58,458 bases of DNA, taken from contig JBMTEY010000001.1 in the NCBI GenBank assembly GCA_049433545.1, positions 1-58,458 on the forward strand. Reading direction: 5' to 3'. How positions within the stretch are numbered: position 1 is the stretch's first letter; each line of letters begins with the position of its first letter. The notes beneath the pieces are model-generated. The model saw only the letters and a program-made list of their open reading frames with translations. It did not search any database and was not told the DNA's origin. This document shows positions 1 through 10,071 of the stretch, piece by piece. Position numbers and translations under genes: made by a program. This DNA comes from Burkholderiales bacterium (GTDB taxonomy: Bacteria > Pseudomonadota > Gammaproteobacteria > Burkholderiales > SG8-41).

Positions 1-1729
1 GGTGCTGGTCCGAACCTTCCAGGTAGAGATCCGCGGGAAATTTGCTCTGCGCCGCGTGTGAACCACGCAGCACGGTATGGTGCGTGGTGCCGGAATCGAA
101 CCACACGTCCAGCGTGTCCTTCACCTTTTCGTAGTTCGCCGCATCGGCACCCAGCAGTTCCGCAGCGTCGACCGCCTGCCAGGCCTCGATCCCGCCCTGC
201 TCTACGCGCTGCGCCACGGTTTCCAGCAACTCCGGCGTGCGCGGATGCAGGGCACCGGTTTCCCGGTGCACGAAAAACGGCATCGGCACGCCCCATTGCC
301 GCTGCCGCGACAGCGTCCAGTCCGGACGGTTGGCGATCATGCCGTGCAGCCGTGCCTTGCCCCAGTCGGGATAGAACTGCGTCGCCCCGACGGCACGCAA
401 TGCCGTCGCGCGCAATGTCTCTGCAGGTTTCACGCCGTTGTAGCCGGGCACATCCTCCATGCCGGCAAACCACTGCGTGGTCGCGCGCAGGATGATCGGC
501 GTCTTGTGGCGCCAGCAGTGCATGTAGCTGTGCGGCTCCATTTTGTGCGCAAGCAGCACGCCCTTTTCCTGCATGTGCGCAACGATCTGCGGATTGGCCT
601 TCCAGATCATCTGCCCGCCAAACAGCGGCAGCGACTCCGCGTATTTGCCGGTGCCCAGCACCGGGGTCAGGATCTGGTCGTCCTTCATGCCGTAATGACG
701 GCAGGACTGGAAGTCTTCGACGCCATAGGCCGGCGCCGAATGGACGATGCCGGTGCCGGTATCCAGCGTCACGTACTCGCCCAGGTAAACCGGCGATAGC
801 CGGTCGTAAAACGGATGCCGGAAGTTGATGCGCTCCAGTGCCGCACCCTTGCATGAAGCCAGCGTGGCCCCCGTCAATCCGTAACGCGCAAGGCAGGCTT
901 CCTGCAGATCGGCCGCAAGGATCAGCAGACCTTTTTCGGTATCGACCAGGTTGTAGGTGAATTCCGGATGCGCATTCAGCGCCTGGTTCGCCGGCAGCGT
1001 CCACGGCGTCGTGGTCCAGATCACCGCAAAACCCGGCTTGTCCGGCAACGCCTTCTGCCCGAAGGCTTTCGCCACCTTGTCCGGTTCCGCAAAAGGAAAA
1101 CCGACGTCGACCGCCGGATCCTTGCGGTCCTCGTACTCGACTTCCGCTTCAGCCAGCGCCGAACCGCAGTCGAAACACCAGTTCACCGGCTTCAGCCCGC
1201 GGTAGACATAGCCTTTTTTCAGCAGGATGCCGAGGGCACGAATCTCGTCGGCCTCATTCTTGTAGGCCATCGTCAGGTATGGGTTGTCCCAGTCGCCGAG
1301 CACACCCAGGCGCTGGAAATCCTTTTTCTGCCGCGCCACCTGCTCCGTCGCGTAGGCGCGGCACAGCTTCTGGGTTTCCGCCGCCGGCAGATTCTTGCCG
1401 TGCAGTTTCTCGATCTGCACCTCGATCGGCATGCCGTGGCAGTCCCAGCCCGGCACGTACGGCGCATCGAACCCCGCCAGCGTCTTCGACTTGACGATGA
1501 CGTCCTTGAGGATCTTGTTGACCGCGTGGCCGATGTGGATGTCGCCGTTGGCATACGGCGGTCCGTCATGCAGCACGAAACGTTTTTTTCCCTTGCTCGC
1601 GGCGCGGATGCGCTCATAGACGCGCTTCTCCTGCCAGCGCGCCAGCATCTGCGGCTCGCGTTTGGCGAGGTCGCCGCGCATCGGGAACGGCGTATCGGGA
1701 AGATTCAGTGTTTTCTTGTAATCAGCCAT
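1..1729 (-). CDS. ileS: Isoleucyl-tRNA synthetase, N-terminal ~576 codons (C-terminal part lies beyond the window start)
   Basis: The minus frame is open from the ATG (comp. 1727-1729) to the window edge, so it has no stop here and is absent from the ORF track. My translation reads [41 protein letters not shown]...[22 protein letters not shown] (class I HIGH motif). ribF-ileS synteny supports the call. Confidence 0.9.
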   Translation of the reverse strand, partial: MADYKKTLNLPDTPFPMRGDLAKREPQMLARWQEKRVYERIRAASKGKKRFVLHDGPPYANGDIHIGHAVNKILKDVIVKSKTLAGFDAPYVPGWDCHGMPIEVQIEKLHGKNLPAAETQKLCRAYATEQVARQKKDFQRLGVLGDWDNPYLTMAYKNEADEIRALGILLKKGYVYRGLKPVNWCFDCGSALAEAEVEYEDRKDPAVDVGFPFAEPDKVAKAFGQKALPDKPGFAVIWTTTPWTLPANQALNAHPEFTYNLVDTEKGLLILAADLQEACLARYGLTGATLASCKGAALERINFRHPFYDRLSPVYLGEYVTLDTGTGIVHSAPAYGVEDFQSCRHYGMKDDQILTPVLGTGKYAESLPLFGGQMIWKANPQIVAHMQEKGVLLAHKMEPHSYMHCWRHKTPIILRATTQWFAGMEDVPGYNGVKPAETLRATALRAVGATQFYPDWGKARLHGMIANRPDWTLSRQRQWGVPMPFFVHRETGALHPRTPELLETVAQRVEQGGIEAWQAVDAAELLGADAANYEKVKDTLDVWFDSGTTHHTVLRGSHAAQSKFPADLYLEGSDQH

Positions 1730-1747
1730 GGTCCCGCATCTTCACCT

Positions 1748-2710
1748 TCAGTTCGCTTCGCGCAGGCCGGCAGCCTGCGCATCGCGTCGTGCAAAAAAAT
1801 CCTTCGCATCAGCCACGTCCTGCGCGATCTGCCGCTGCAGCGTGTCGACGTCGACGTATTTCGCCTCGTCGCGGAACTTGTGCAGGAATTCGACCCGCAC
1901 CTGCTCGCCGTAGATCTGTTCTGCAAAATCGAACACATACACCTCCAGCACCGGCGCCGCGCCGCGCACCTTGACCGTCGGCCGCACGCCGAGGCTCGCC
2001 ACGCCGCGCAGCAGCTGCCCGCCTGAGCGATGGAACTCCACCGCGAAAATTCCGGACAGCGGCGGCCGGTTGTGCCGCATCTGCACATTGGCGGTCGGGA
2101 AACCCAGCTTGCGTCCCAACTGGTCGCCGCGCACCACGCGCCCGCTGATGCTGTAGGGTCGCCCCAGCAGGCGCGCCGCCCGCGTCACGTCGCCTGCAGC
2201 CAGCGCATAACGCACCGCCGTGCTCGACACCCTGACGCCGTCGAGCATCACCGTCGGCATGGTTTCGACCTCGTAGCCGCAGTGCGCGGAAAATTCCCTC
2301 AGCATCGCCAGGTCGCCGGCGCGGCGTGCGCCGAATCGAAAATCATCCCCGACCTGCAGCCAGCGCACGCCCATGCCTCGCACCAGCAGGCGTTCGATGA
2401 ATTCCTGCGCGGTGACCTGCGCCAGCGCGAAATTGAAACGGCAGATCTGCACCCGCTCCACGCCGTGCTGCGCCAGCAGTGCGCACTTCTCGCGCAGCGT
2501 GGTCAGACGCACGGGGGCCTGGTCCGGCGCGAAGAACTCGCGCGGGTGCGGCTCGAAGGTCATCACGCAGGCCGGCAGACCGCGTGTGGACGCGGCGGCG
2601 CGCAGCCTGGCAAGCATCGCCTGGTGGCCGATATGTACCCCGTCGAAATTGCCGATGGTCAGCGCGACGGGACTGGAGGCAGCGTCCGGAACGCTGTGCA
2701 GGATTTGCAT
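1748..2710 (-). CDS. ribF: Bifunctional riboflavin kinase / FAD synthetase
   Basis: 320-aa ORF. The N-terminus reads ALTIGNFDGVHIGHQAML (FAD synthetase nucleotidyltransferase motif), and the C-terminal riboflavin kinase region reads GFPTANV...GVASLGVRPT. It lies immediately upstream of ileS. Confidence 0.93.
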   Translation of the reverse strand: MQILHSVPDAASSPVALTIGNFDGVHIGHQAMLARLRAAASTRGLPACVMTFEPHPREFFAPDQAPVRLTTLREKCALLAQHGVERVQICRFNFALAQVTAQEFIERLLVRGMGVRWLQVGDDFRFGARRAGDLAMLREFSAHCGYEVETMPTVMLDGVRVSSTAVRYALAAGDVTRAARLLGRPYSISGRVVRGDQLGRKLGFPTANVQMRHNRPPLSGIFAVEFHRSGGQLLRGVASLGVRPTVKVRGAAPVLEVYVFDFAEQIYGEQVRVEFLHKFRDEAKYVDVDTLQRQIAQDVADAKDFFARRDAQAAGLREAN

Positions 2711-2726
2711 GAAGCCGGCCCTATGT

Positions 2727-2762
2727 CCTGAAAATCACGCTAAAAGGCTGAATTTTAGCGTG
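2727..2762 (-). terminator. Hairpin terminator candidate downstream of cobA
   Basis: Perfect 10-bp inverted repeat cacgctaaaa (2736-2745) / ttttagcgtg (2753-2762) with a 7-nt loop. On the minus strand it is followed by AUUUUC. Confidence 0.45.
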
Positions 2763-2778
2763 TTTCAGGAAGCAGGCG

Positions 2779-3543
2779 CTAGGCGACTCGGGTCCGGAAA
2801 TCGTCCCTGGTAGCGGTTACGGCGCCTTGCGCGCGGGCATAGACTTCACCCAGCAGGATCAGCGCCGGCCCGGTAATGCCGGATGCGGCGATCGCGCCGA
2901 GTTGCGACAGCGGCAGTGCAATTCTGCGCGACTGCGGCAGCGATGCGTTTTCGACCACCACCACCGGCAGGTCGGGCCGCACACCGCGCGCCATCAGCGT
3001 CGCCGCGATCTGCTCCGCCTCGCCGGCACCCATGTAAATGGCGCCGGTATCCGCCGCCAGTATGCTGCGCGCCCAGTCATGTTCATTTTCGCCGCGACCG
3101 GCACGCGGCGTGACGAAAGCGACGTTGCGCGACAAGCCGCGTCGCGTCATCGAAGTGCGGACATCAGCGCTGGCCGCCAGTGCCGCCGTGATGCCGGGCA
3201 CGACTTCACAGGCCACGCCCGCCTGTTCCAGTGCATCGATCTCTTCCTGCGCCCGGCCGAACAGCAGCGGGTCGCCGCCTTTGAGCCGGACGACGACGCC
3301 GCAGCGGAATGCGGCATCCACCAGGCGCTTGTTGATGAAACGCTGCGCCGTCGATTGTTTGCCGCAGCGCTTGCCGACGGCGACCTTTTCCGCGCGCACG
3401 GCGAACGCCAGCGTGTCCGGATGCATCAGCGCGTCGTGAAACACGATGTCGGCGCGCTCGAGCAGATGCGCAGCGCGCAGCGTCAGCAGGTCCGGCGCGC
3501 CCGGCCCGGCGCCAACCAGATAGACCTTGCCGGCGGTCGCCAT
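2779..3543 (-). CDS. cobA: Uroporphyrinogen-III C-methyltransferase (SUMT; siroheme branch)
   Basis: MATAGKVYLVGAGPGAPDLLTLRA...RLKGGDPLLFGR...VPGITAA are tetrapyrrole methylase motifs. I chose the ATG at 3543 rather than the ORF-track start at 3651, because the 36 upstream codons are Arg/Cys-rich and overlap the DUF934 gene. Confidence 0.85.
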   Translation of the reverse strand: MATAGKVYLVGAGPGAPDLLTLRAAHLLERADIVFHDALMHPDTLAFAVRAEKVAVGKRCGKQSTAQRFINKRLVDAAFRCGVVVRLKGGDPLLFGRAQEEIDALEQAGVACEVVPGITAALAASADVRTSMTRRGLSRNVAFVTPRAGRGENEHDWARSILAADTGAIYMGAGEAEQIAATLMARGVRPDLPVVVVENASLPQSRRIALPLSQLGAIAASGITGPALILLGEVYARAQGAVTATRDDFRTRVA

Positions 3544-3547
3544 GGGT

Positions 3548-4060
3548 TCAGGCGGATTCCGCGCGGCGGCGGAACAGCGGCAGCGGCCGCTCCACCGAGG
3601 CCTGGTAGGCTTCGCTGAAATCGCCGAAAGCGGACAGCGCCGCCAGAGCATCCATTCCGTCGTTGAGCTCGAAGGCGTCGAAGCCGCAGCGCGACAGGTA
3701 GTAAAGCTGGTCGCGCTGCACGTCGCCGATCGCGCGCAATTCGCCGCGCCAGCCGTAACGCTCGCGCAGCAGGCGCGCCGTCGAATAACCGCGGCCGTCG
3801 GTGAATTGCGGGAAATGCACTGCGATCAGGCCGAAGGCCTGCAGGCTGTCGGCGATTCGCGAAGGTTCATCGCCGCTGGCCAGCCAGACGCCGATGCGGC
3901 CCGGGTGGGCCAGCAGCCGGCTCGCATCAGACTGCCACAATGCCAGCGGCACCAGCAGGTCGCCTGCCGCGGGCAGCCGCGGAAACGTACCGTCGGCCGA
4001 ACGCTCAAGCCGCTGCCAGCTGTCGGCGGCGATCTTCGCGTTTTTGATCAGCGTTGCCAT
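3548..4060 (-). CDS. DUF934-family protein (sulfite-reductase-associated)
   Basis: 170-aa ORF with FPQFTDGRGYSTARLLRERYGWRGELRAIGDV, typical of DUF934. It sits directly downstream of cysI and overlaps the cysI 3' end by 56 nt, so the start is uncertain. Confidence 0.75.
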   Translation of the reverse strand: MATLIKNAKIAADSWQRLERSADGTFPRLPAAGDLLVPLALWQSDASRLLAHPGRIGVWLASGDEPSRIADSLQAFGLIAVHFPQFTDGRGYSTARLLRERYGWRGELRAIGDVQRDQLYYLSRCGFDAFELNDGMDALAALSAFGDFSEAYQASVERPLPLFRRRAESA

Positions 4061-5705
4061 AGACCTGCTCCTTGAACGGGATGATGCCGATGCGCCGAAC
4101 GACGTCGATGAAGCGCTCGGCTTCGCTGTCGCGCGCGGCGAGGTAGGTTTTGACGAGTGTTTCGATCACGTCCGGCACTTCGTCCTGCGCGAACGACGGC
4201 CCGATGACCCTGCCCAGCGCGGCCTCGTTGCCCTGCGCGCCGCCGATCGAGATCTGGTAGAACTCGGCGCCCTGCTTGTCGACGCCGAGAATGCCGATGT
4301 GGCCGACATGATGATGGCCGCAGGAATTCATGCAGCCGGATATGTTGAGATCAAGCTCGCCGATGTCGTGCTGGTAATCAAGGTCGTCGAAACGGCGCTG
4401 GATTGCCTCCGCCACCGGGATCGACTTGGCGTTGGCCAGCGAGCAGAAATCGCCGCCGGGGCAGGCGATGATGTTACTGATCAACCCGATGTTCGGCGTT
4501 GCAAGTCCCAGCGCCTTCGCCTCCTGCCACAGCGCATGCAGGTCGGACTGGCGCACGTCGGACAGGATCAGGTTTTGCTCGTGCGACACGCGCAGTTCGC
4601 CGAAACTGTAACGGTCGGCGAGGTCGGCTACGGCGTCCATCTGGTCGGCCGTGGCGTCCCCCGGTGGCACGCCTGTTTTTTTCAGTGACAGAGTCACCGC
4701 CGCATAACCCGGCACCTTGTGCGGATGCACGTTGCGGCGCGCCCATTTGGTAAAGCCGCGTTCGCGTGCAAGGGGCTGCGTGTAATGCACCGGCAGCGCG
4801 TCAAGCCGCTGGTATTGGGGCCGCGTGAAGCGCGCTTCGATGCGGCTGACTTCGGCTGCGGTCAGTTGCCCCGGGCCGTCTTTCAGGTGCGCCCATTCGG
4901 TATCGACCTGCGTGCGAAAATTTTCCGGTGTCAGTTCCCGCACCAGGATCTTGATGCGCGCCTTGTACTTGTTGTCGCGGCGGCCGTAACGGTTGTAGAC
5001 GCGCAGGATCGCGTCGAGATAGGTCAGCAGCTGCTGCCATGGCAGGAATTCGCGGATCACCGTGCCGATCACCGGTGTGCGCCCGAGGCCGCCGCCGACC
5101 AGGACGCGGAAGCCGGTTTCACCGCCCGAGCCCCTCACCGCCTGCAATCCGATGTCATGCACCTGGATCGCGGCACGATCCTGCTCCGCGCCGGACACCG
5201 CGATCTTGAACTTGCGCGGCAGGTAGGCGAACTCCGGATGGAAGGTTGACCACTGGCGGATCAGTTCGCACCACAGCAGCGGATCGACCACTTCGTCGGG
5301 TGCGACGCCGGCGAAATGATCGGTGGTGGTGTTGCGGATGCAGTTGCCGCTGGTCTGGATCGCATGCATCTGCACCTTCGCGAGGTAGGCAAGGATGTCC
5401 GGCACCTCCTTCAGTTTCAGCCAGTTGAACTGGATGTTCTGGCGGGTGCTGAAATGGCCGTAGCTGCGGTCCCATTTACGGGCGATGTAAGCGAGCGCTC
5501 GCAATTGGCGGGAGGACAGCAGGCCATAGGGGATCGCCACCCGGAGCATGGGCGCAAATCTTTGAATATAAATGCCATTTTGTAATCGCAGCGGGCGAAA
5601 ATCGTCTTCCGACAACTCGCCCGCAATAAAGCGCCGCGTCTGGTCGCGGAACTGCGCCACCCGCTCGTCCACCAGCCGCTGATCCACCGCATCGTAGAGA
5701 TACAT
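4005..5705 (-). CDS. cysI: Sulfite reductase hemoprotein (nitrite/sulfite reductase 4Fe-4S/siroheme family)
   Basis: MYLYDAVDQRLVDERVAQFRDQTRRF...TSGNCIRNTTTD...CPGGDFCSLANA...SGCMNSCGHHH is the siroheme/4Fe-4S Cys cluster pattern. The start at 5705 follows a GGAG-containing RBS. An alternative ATG lies at 5726. Confidence 0.88.
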   Translation of the reverse strand: MYLYDAVDQRLVDERVAQFRDQTRRFIAGELSEDDFRPLRLQNGIYIQRFAPMLRVAIPYGLLSSRQLRALAYIARKWDRSYGHFSTRQNIQFNWLKLKEVPDILAYLAKVQMHAIQTSGNCIRNTTTDHFAGVAPDEVVDPLLWCELIRQWSTFHPEFAYLPRKFKIAVSGAEQDRAAIQVHDIGLQAVRGSGGETGFRVLVGGGLGRTPVIGTVIREFLPWQQLLTYLDAILRVYNRYGRRDNKYKARIKILVRELTPENFRTQVDTEWAHLKDGPGQLTAAEVSRIEARFTRPQYQRLDALPVHYTQPLARERGFTKWARRNVHPHKVPGYAAVTLSLKKTGVPPGDATADQMDAVADLADRYSFGELRVSHEQNLILSDVRQSDLHALWQEAKALGLATPNIGLISNIIACPGGDFCSLANAKSIPVAEAIQRRFDDLDYQHDIGELDLNISGCMNSCGHHHVGHIGILGVDKQGAEFYQISIGGAQGNEAALGRVIGPSFAQDEVPDVIETLVKTYLAARDSEAERFIDVVRRIGIIPFKEQVYGNADQKREDRRRQLAAA

Positions 5706-5825
5706 CTGCCGCACTCCGCAATTCAACGATGCCGATGGTAGTGAGCCCCTTATATATCTTCAAAGAATATGTTATTTATTATACAGATTTGATTGTTATA
5801 TTGATGAATTGAGAGAGATAACCCA
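5706..5825. promoter_or_regulatory. AT-rich divergent cysI / cysB-like control region
   Basis: This stretch (ttatatatcttcaaagaatatgttatttattatacagatttgattgttatattgatgaatt) is far more AT-rich than its surroundings and lies between divergent genes. No operator is defined. Confidence 0.4.
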
Positions 5826-6758
5826 TTGAATTTACAGCAATTAAAATATCTGCGTGAAGTCGCACGCAACGGCCTGAAAGTCTCAGAGGCCGCGGAAACG
5901 CTGTTCACCTCGCAGCCGGGCATCAGCAAACAGATACGCCTGCTCGAAGAGGAACTGGGCGTAACCATCCTGGTGCGCAACGGCAAACGCATCACCTCGC
6001 TCACCGAACCGGGGCGCATCGTCGTCGACATCGCCGAACGCATCCTGCAGGACACCGAAAACCTGCGCTCGGTCGGCCGCGAATTCAACAGCGGCGGCCG
6101 CGGCACGCTGGTGATTGCCACCACCCACACCCAGGCGCGTTACGCACTGCCGCCGGCGGTCGCGCGCTTCACCCAGCGTTACCCGCAGGTGCGCCTGACC
6201 CTGCGCGAGGGCAGTCCGGAGCAGATCGCGGCGCTGTTGCAGGAGGGCTCTGCCGATCTCGGCATCGCCACCGAATCGGAAGAAGCCTTTACCGATCTGG
6301 TGACGCTGCCCTGCGCGCAGTGGACGCGCAGCGTGATCACCCCGCTGCGCCACCCGCTGCTCGAAGCCGGGCCGCTGACGCTGGAGAAAATCGCGGCATA
6401 TCCGCTGATCACCTACGATTTCGCGTTCACGCCGGGATCACCGATACAGCGCGCCTTCGATGCTGCGGGCATCCAGCCGAACGTGGTGCTCACAGCGATC
6501 GCCGCCGACGTGATCAAGGCCTATGTCGAGATGGGCATGGGCATAGGCATACTGGCCAAGATGGCTTTCGATCCGGCGCGCGACCACGGTATCAGGCTGA
6601 TCAACGCCGACCACCTGTTCGAACCGAGCACGACGCGCATCGCGCTGCGCCGCAACGCCTGGCTGCGCGGCTACGTCTACGATTTCATCGAACTGTTTTC
6701 GCCTTCGCTGAATCGCGATGTGGTCAGCGCAGCACTCGCGGCGCCCGGCGCCGGTTGA
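5826..6758 (+). CDS. cysB: LysR-family transcriptional regulator, CysB/Cbl-like
   Basis: LNLQQLKYLREVARNGLKVSEAAETLFTSQPGISKQIRLLEEELGV (wHTH), followed by a CysB-like co-inducer domain. It is divergent from cysI and starts at TTG 5826. Confidence 0.8.
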   Translation: MNLQQLKYLREVARNGLKVSEAAETLFTSQPGISKQIRLLEEELGVTILVRNGKRITSLTEPGRIVVDIAERILQDTENLRSVGREFNSGGRGTLVIATTHTQARYALPPAVARFTQRYPQVRLTLREGSPEQIAALLQEGSADLGIATESEEAFTDLVTLPCAQWTRSVITPLRHPLLEAGPLTLEKIAAYPLITYDFAFTPGSPIQRAFDAAGIQPNVVLTAIAADVIKAYVEMGMGIGILAKMAFDPARDHGIRLINADHLFEPSTTRIALRRNAWLRGYVYDFIELFSPSLNRDVVSAALAAPGAG

Positions 6759-6761
6759 TGC

Positions 6762-7529
6762 TCAGGACGTCAGGCGCGCGCGCAGCTGGTTGCTAAGCGC
6801 ATCAACCAGAGACACCAGCACGATCATCGCGATCAGCACGCTGGCGGCCTCGGAAGTCTGGAACAGGCTCAGGTGGAAATGCAGCATCTGTCCCAGGCCG
6901 CCGGCGCCGACCACGCCGAGTATCGCTGCCGCGCGCACGTTGATCTCCCAGCGGTACATCGAATAGCTCATCAGTTGCGGCAGCACCTGCGGGAAAGTCG
7001 CATACCAAAATGAGGCGACGGCGCCGATGCCATGACGACGCAGGCTGGCATGGGGTTCCGGCGGCGCATTCTCCAGCGATTCGGCGAACAGCCTGCCCAG
7101 CACCCCGGTCGTGTGTACCGCCAGCGCCAGGGTCCCGGCAAACGGGCCGAGGCCGACGGCGATCACCGCCATCACGGCCCACACCAGCTCGGGAATCGCG
7201 CGCAGCATGTTGAGCAGCATTCGCGCCAGTCCGCGCGCAACCCGTCCCCAGCGGCCCGATGCCGGCAGCGCGACCAGCAGGCCACCGACACAGGCAATCA
7301 GCGTACCCAGCCAGGAAATGGCCAGCGTCTCAAGCGTGGCATAAGCAAGCTTCTGCAAAAACACCGCGTCAACTGCAGGCCGCGCAAAGCCCTGGACGAA
7401 TTCGCCCATCTTCACAGCGGCGGTGCGCGAAAAAAAACTCGCCCAGTCGCCGGACAGACTGAACACGCACAGCGCCAGGAACAGCAGCGCGGCAGCGAAT
7501 CCGGCCAGTCCGCCCCAGGCCAGCCTCAT
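6762..7529 (-). CDS. PhnE-type ABC transporter permease (second copy)
   Basis: MRLAWGGLAGFAAALLFLAL... is a multi-TM protein with the PhnE-like EAA region LENAPPEPHASLRRHGIG. The start at 7529 forms an ATGA overlap with the stop of the upstream permease. The 59-codon upstream extension in the ORF track is rejected. Confidence 0.8.
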   Translation of the reverse strand: MRLAWGGLAGFAAALLFLALCVFSLSGDWASFFSRTAAVKMGEFVQGFARPAVDAVFLQKLAYATLETLAISWLGTLIACVGGLLVALPASGRWGRVARGLARMLLNMLRAIPELVWAVMAVIAVGLGPFAGTLALAVHTTGVLGRLFAESLENAPPEPHASLRRHGIGAVASFWYATFPQVLPQLMSYSMYRWEINVRAAAILGVVGAGGLGQMLHFHLSLFQTSEAASVLIAMIVLVSLVDALSNQLRARLTS

Positions 7530-8359
7530 GAGAGCACCTTGCGCAGGAGCGCGCTGACCAGGTCGGCGATCCAGACCAGGGCGACGAACATCAGCAGCAT
7601 CGTCAGCACTTCCGCGCCGGCGAGCATTTTCATCGACAGCTCCATCTGCTGCCCCAGGCCGCCGGCGCCGACGAACCCCATGACCACCGATGCGCGGATC
7701 GCGCATTCCCAGCGGTAAATCGTGTAAGAAGTCAGTTCCGGCAGGCTCACCGGCAATGCCGCATACCAGAAGGCCTGCAGCCGCCCCGCCCCGTTCTGCA
7801 GCAGCACCGTGGCGGCCTGGTTATCCGCCGACTCGAGTATCTCGATGTAGACCTTGCCCAACATGCCACCGTAGGTGATGCCGATGGCCATCACGCCCGC
7901 AGTGTCCCCGAGCCCGACGGCACGGACAAAAATCATCGCCCACACGATTTCCGGAATGCTGCGCAGGAAAATCAGCAGCCAGCGGATGGCTGTGCGAATC
8001 ACCGCGGGCAACGCGGCCATGCGGCCTGTCGCAATCCGCGATATCGACAGGATGCGCGTTGCCGCGAGCGCCGCCGGCAAGGCGATGGCGATGGCGATCG
8101 CGGTGCCCACGGTGGCGATGGCCACGGTTTTCCAGGCCGCCTCGATCACCAGCCTCAGGAAATCCGGCGCCGTCTCGGGAGGAAAAAAACTGCCGAGAAA
8201 CTGTCCCAGCGCGTTCAGGCTGGCGTCTCCCCACAGCGTTGCGGGATTGAACTCGGTCAGGTATCCCGCGGGAAACAGCAGGGCGATGAAAACAACTGCG
8301 GCGGTAACCCTGCCGTGCCAGGCTGGATCACGCAGCTTATGATCGCCGGCTAGGTGCAT
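7526..8359 (-). CDS. PhnE-type ABC transporter permease (first copy)
   Basis: 277-aa membrane protein containing EILESADNQAATVLLQNGAG (PhnE-like loop). It overlaps the ATPase gene stop. Confidence 0.8.
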   Translation of the reverse strand: MHLAGDHKLRDPAWHGRVTAAVVFIALLFPAGYLTEFNPATLWGDASLNALGQFLGSFFPPETAPDFLRLVIEAAWKTVAIATVGTAIAIAIALPAALAATRILSISRIATGRMAALPAVIRTAIRWLLIFLRSIPEIVWAMIFVRAVGLGDTAGVMAIGITYGGMLGKVYIEILESADNQAATVLLQNGAGRLQAFWYAALPVSLPELTSYTIYRWECAIRASVVMGFVGAGGLGQQMELSMKMLAGAEVLTMLLMFVALVWIADLVSALLRKVLS

Positions 8360-9183
8360 CGACTCAACTTCAATACCGCCGTCGGTTCTTCCGGCAGCGT
8401 CTGCACCGATGCATTGAGTTCCGCGCCGTACAGGTCGGCCAGCCTTTGGTCGCTGACTTCGGCGCGCGGAAGATCGAAAACCACCTGCCCGGCCCTGACC
8501 CCGATCATGCGTGGAAACTGCGCCAGCGCCAGATCGACCGCATGCAGGCTGACCACCAGCGTGGCGCGCCTCGCGGCGGCTTCCGCCTGCAGAACCTCGA
8601 GCGCATTGAGCGCGAGGGCCGGATCCAGCGAGGACACCGGTTCATCGAGCAGCAGCAGTTCGGCATCCGAGACAAGCAGGCGTGCCAGCGTGACGCGCTG
8701 GCGCTCGCCGCCCGAGAGCTTGTCGCAACGCAGGAACAGCTTGTCCTCAAGGTGGAAACGTTCGAGCGCGGCACGCGCGATTTCCGCGTCCTGCGGATAC
8801 ACCAGGGAACGCAGGGCCCTCCATGCGCTCCACTGCGGCAGCCGGCCCGCCAGCACGGCGTGCACCACGCGCTGCCGCGGCGGCAGGGGCGGCAGTTGCG
8901 GCGCAAGGAACAGGCGCCGCCGCAGCGCATGCAGTTGTGCCGTCGGCAGTGACCAGGGATCGATGCCCAGCACCCGCACCGATCCGGCCGCGGGCCGCAA
9001 GGCGCAGGCAAGAGTCGCCAGCAGCGTGCTCTTGCCCGCACCTGATGGGCCGATGACTGCGATCTGCTCACCCGGTGCAAAGGACAGCGTGACGCCGTCC
9101 AGCGCCGGCGCGCCGGTGACATATGAAACCCGCACCCCGGAGAGCGCAGTCTGCGGGGGCTCCTGGAGCGGCGATGCCCGCAC
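8350..9183 (-). CDS. PhnC-type ABC transporter ATP-binding protein
   Basis: Walker A GPSGAGKSTLL, signature LSGGERQRV and Walker B LLLLDEP. The GTG start overlaps the stop of the binding-protein gene. Confidence 0.88.
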   Translation of the reverse strand: MRASPLQEPPQTALSGVRVSYVTGAPALDGVTLSFAPGEQIAVIGPSGAGKSTLLATLACALRPAAGSVRVLGIDPWSLPTAQLHALRRRLFLAPQLPPLPPRQRVVHAVLAGRLPQWSAWRALRSLVYPQDAEIARAALERFHLEDKLFLRCDKLSGGERQRVTLARLLVSDAELLLLDEPVSSLDPALALNALEVLQAEAAARRATLVVSLHAVDLALAQFPRMIGVRAGQVVFDLPRAEVSDQRLADLYGAELNASVQTLPEEPTAVLKLSRCT

Positions 9184-10025
9184 TACTTGAGCAAACCCGC
9201 CGAGCGCGCCGCCTGCTCGATGCTCTTGTAGTTATCAACCTTGGTCGGTACGAAACGCGTCGCGCGCTGCAGCTTAAGTATCTCCGCGTGCTCGGGATTC
9301 TTCGCGTCAAGCGCCAGGAACGCCTTGCGGATATTGTCGACCACCGACTTGTCGAGGTCGCCGCGAACCGTCCAGTTGTAATCGTAGTACGGCGGTGTGG
9401 TGTAGAACACCCGCACCTGCTTCGGGTCGATCCGCTTTTCCTCGACCAGTTTTTCCCAGACCGAAATGTTCAGGGCGCCAGCCTCGACCTTGCCACCGGC
9501 GACCTGCAGCGCGGTGGCGTCGTGTGCCCCGGAAAAGGCAATGCGCATGTCCTTGTCCGGATTGAGCCCCTCCTTCAGCATGAACGACCTCGGCATCAGG
9601 TGACCTGATGTCGAAGACACCGAACCGAAGGCGAAATTCTTGCCCTTGAGATCGCCCAGCTTGGCGATGCCGCTGCCGGCGCGGGTGATGAACACCGAAC
9701 GGAATTTCTCGTCTTCCTCGCGCTGCACCAGCGGGATCGCGGTGCCCTTGGTACGGATATGCGCCTGCACGAACGTGAAGCCGCCGTACCACACCATGTC
9801 GAGCTTGCCCGCCGCCAGGCCTTCCACGGTCGCGGCATAGTCGGTGACCGGCGTGAACTCGACTTTCATCCCCGTCGCTTTTTCGAGGTATTTGCCCAGC
9901 GGGGCAAACTTGCGCTGCAGCTGGGTCGGGGCCTCGTCAGGAATGGCGGAAACCTTGAGGGTTTGCGCCCCCATCGCCGGGACGGCGAACAGCATTGCAA
10001 AAATAACCGGCAGGATACGCATCAT
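9183..10025 (-). CDS. PhnD-family periplasmic substrate-binding protein (substrate unknown; phosphonate, phosphite or selenate type)
   Basis: MMRILPVIFAMLFAVPAMGAQT is a signal peptide. LKVSAIPDEAP...GKLDMVWYGGFTFV...FAFGSVSSTSGHLMP is the PhnD fold. I chose the start at 10025; the upstream 27 codons of the ORF track are rejected. Confidence 0.8.
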   Translation of the reverse strand: MMRILPVIFAMLFAVPAMGAQTLKVSAIPDEAPTQLQRKFAPLGKYLEKATGMKVEFTPVTDYAATVEGLAAGKLDMVWYGGFTFVQAHIRTKGTAIPLVQREEDEKFRSVFITRAGSGIAKLGDLKGKNFAFGSVSSTSGHLMPRSFMLKEGLNPDKDMRIAFSGAHDATALQVAGGKVEAGALNISVWEKLVEEKRIDPKQVRVFYTTPPYYDYNWTVRGDLDKSVVDNIRKAFLALDAKNPEHAEILKLQRATRFVPTKVDNYKSIEQAARSAGLLK

Positions 10026-10071
10026 GGAGTACTCCCTTATTGTGAATCGGTTAACCGGACAACTGGAATAC

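Noticed and set aside
968-2026. 352-aa plus-strand ORF, together with the other plus-strand ORFs at 58-799
   Set aside because: They are antisense to the ileS frame that runs off the window, and to ribF. The real gene is the minus-strand frame that the ORF track cannot list because it has no stop here.
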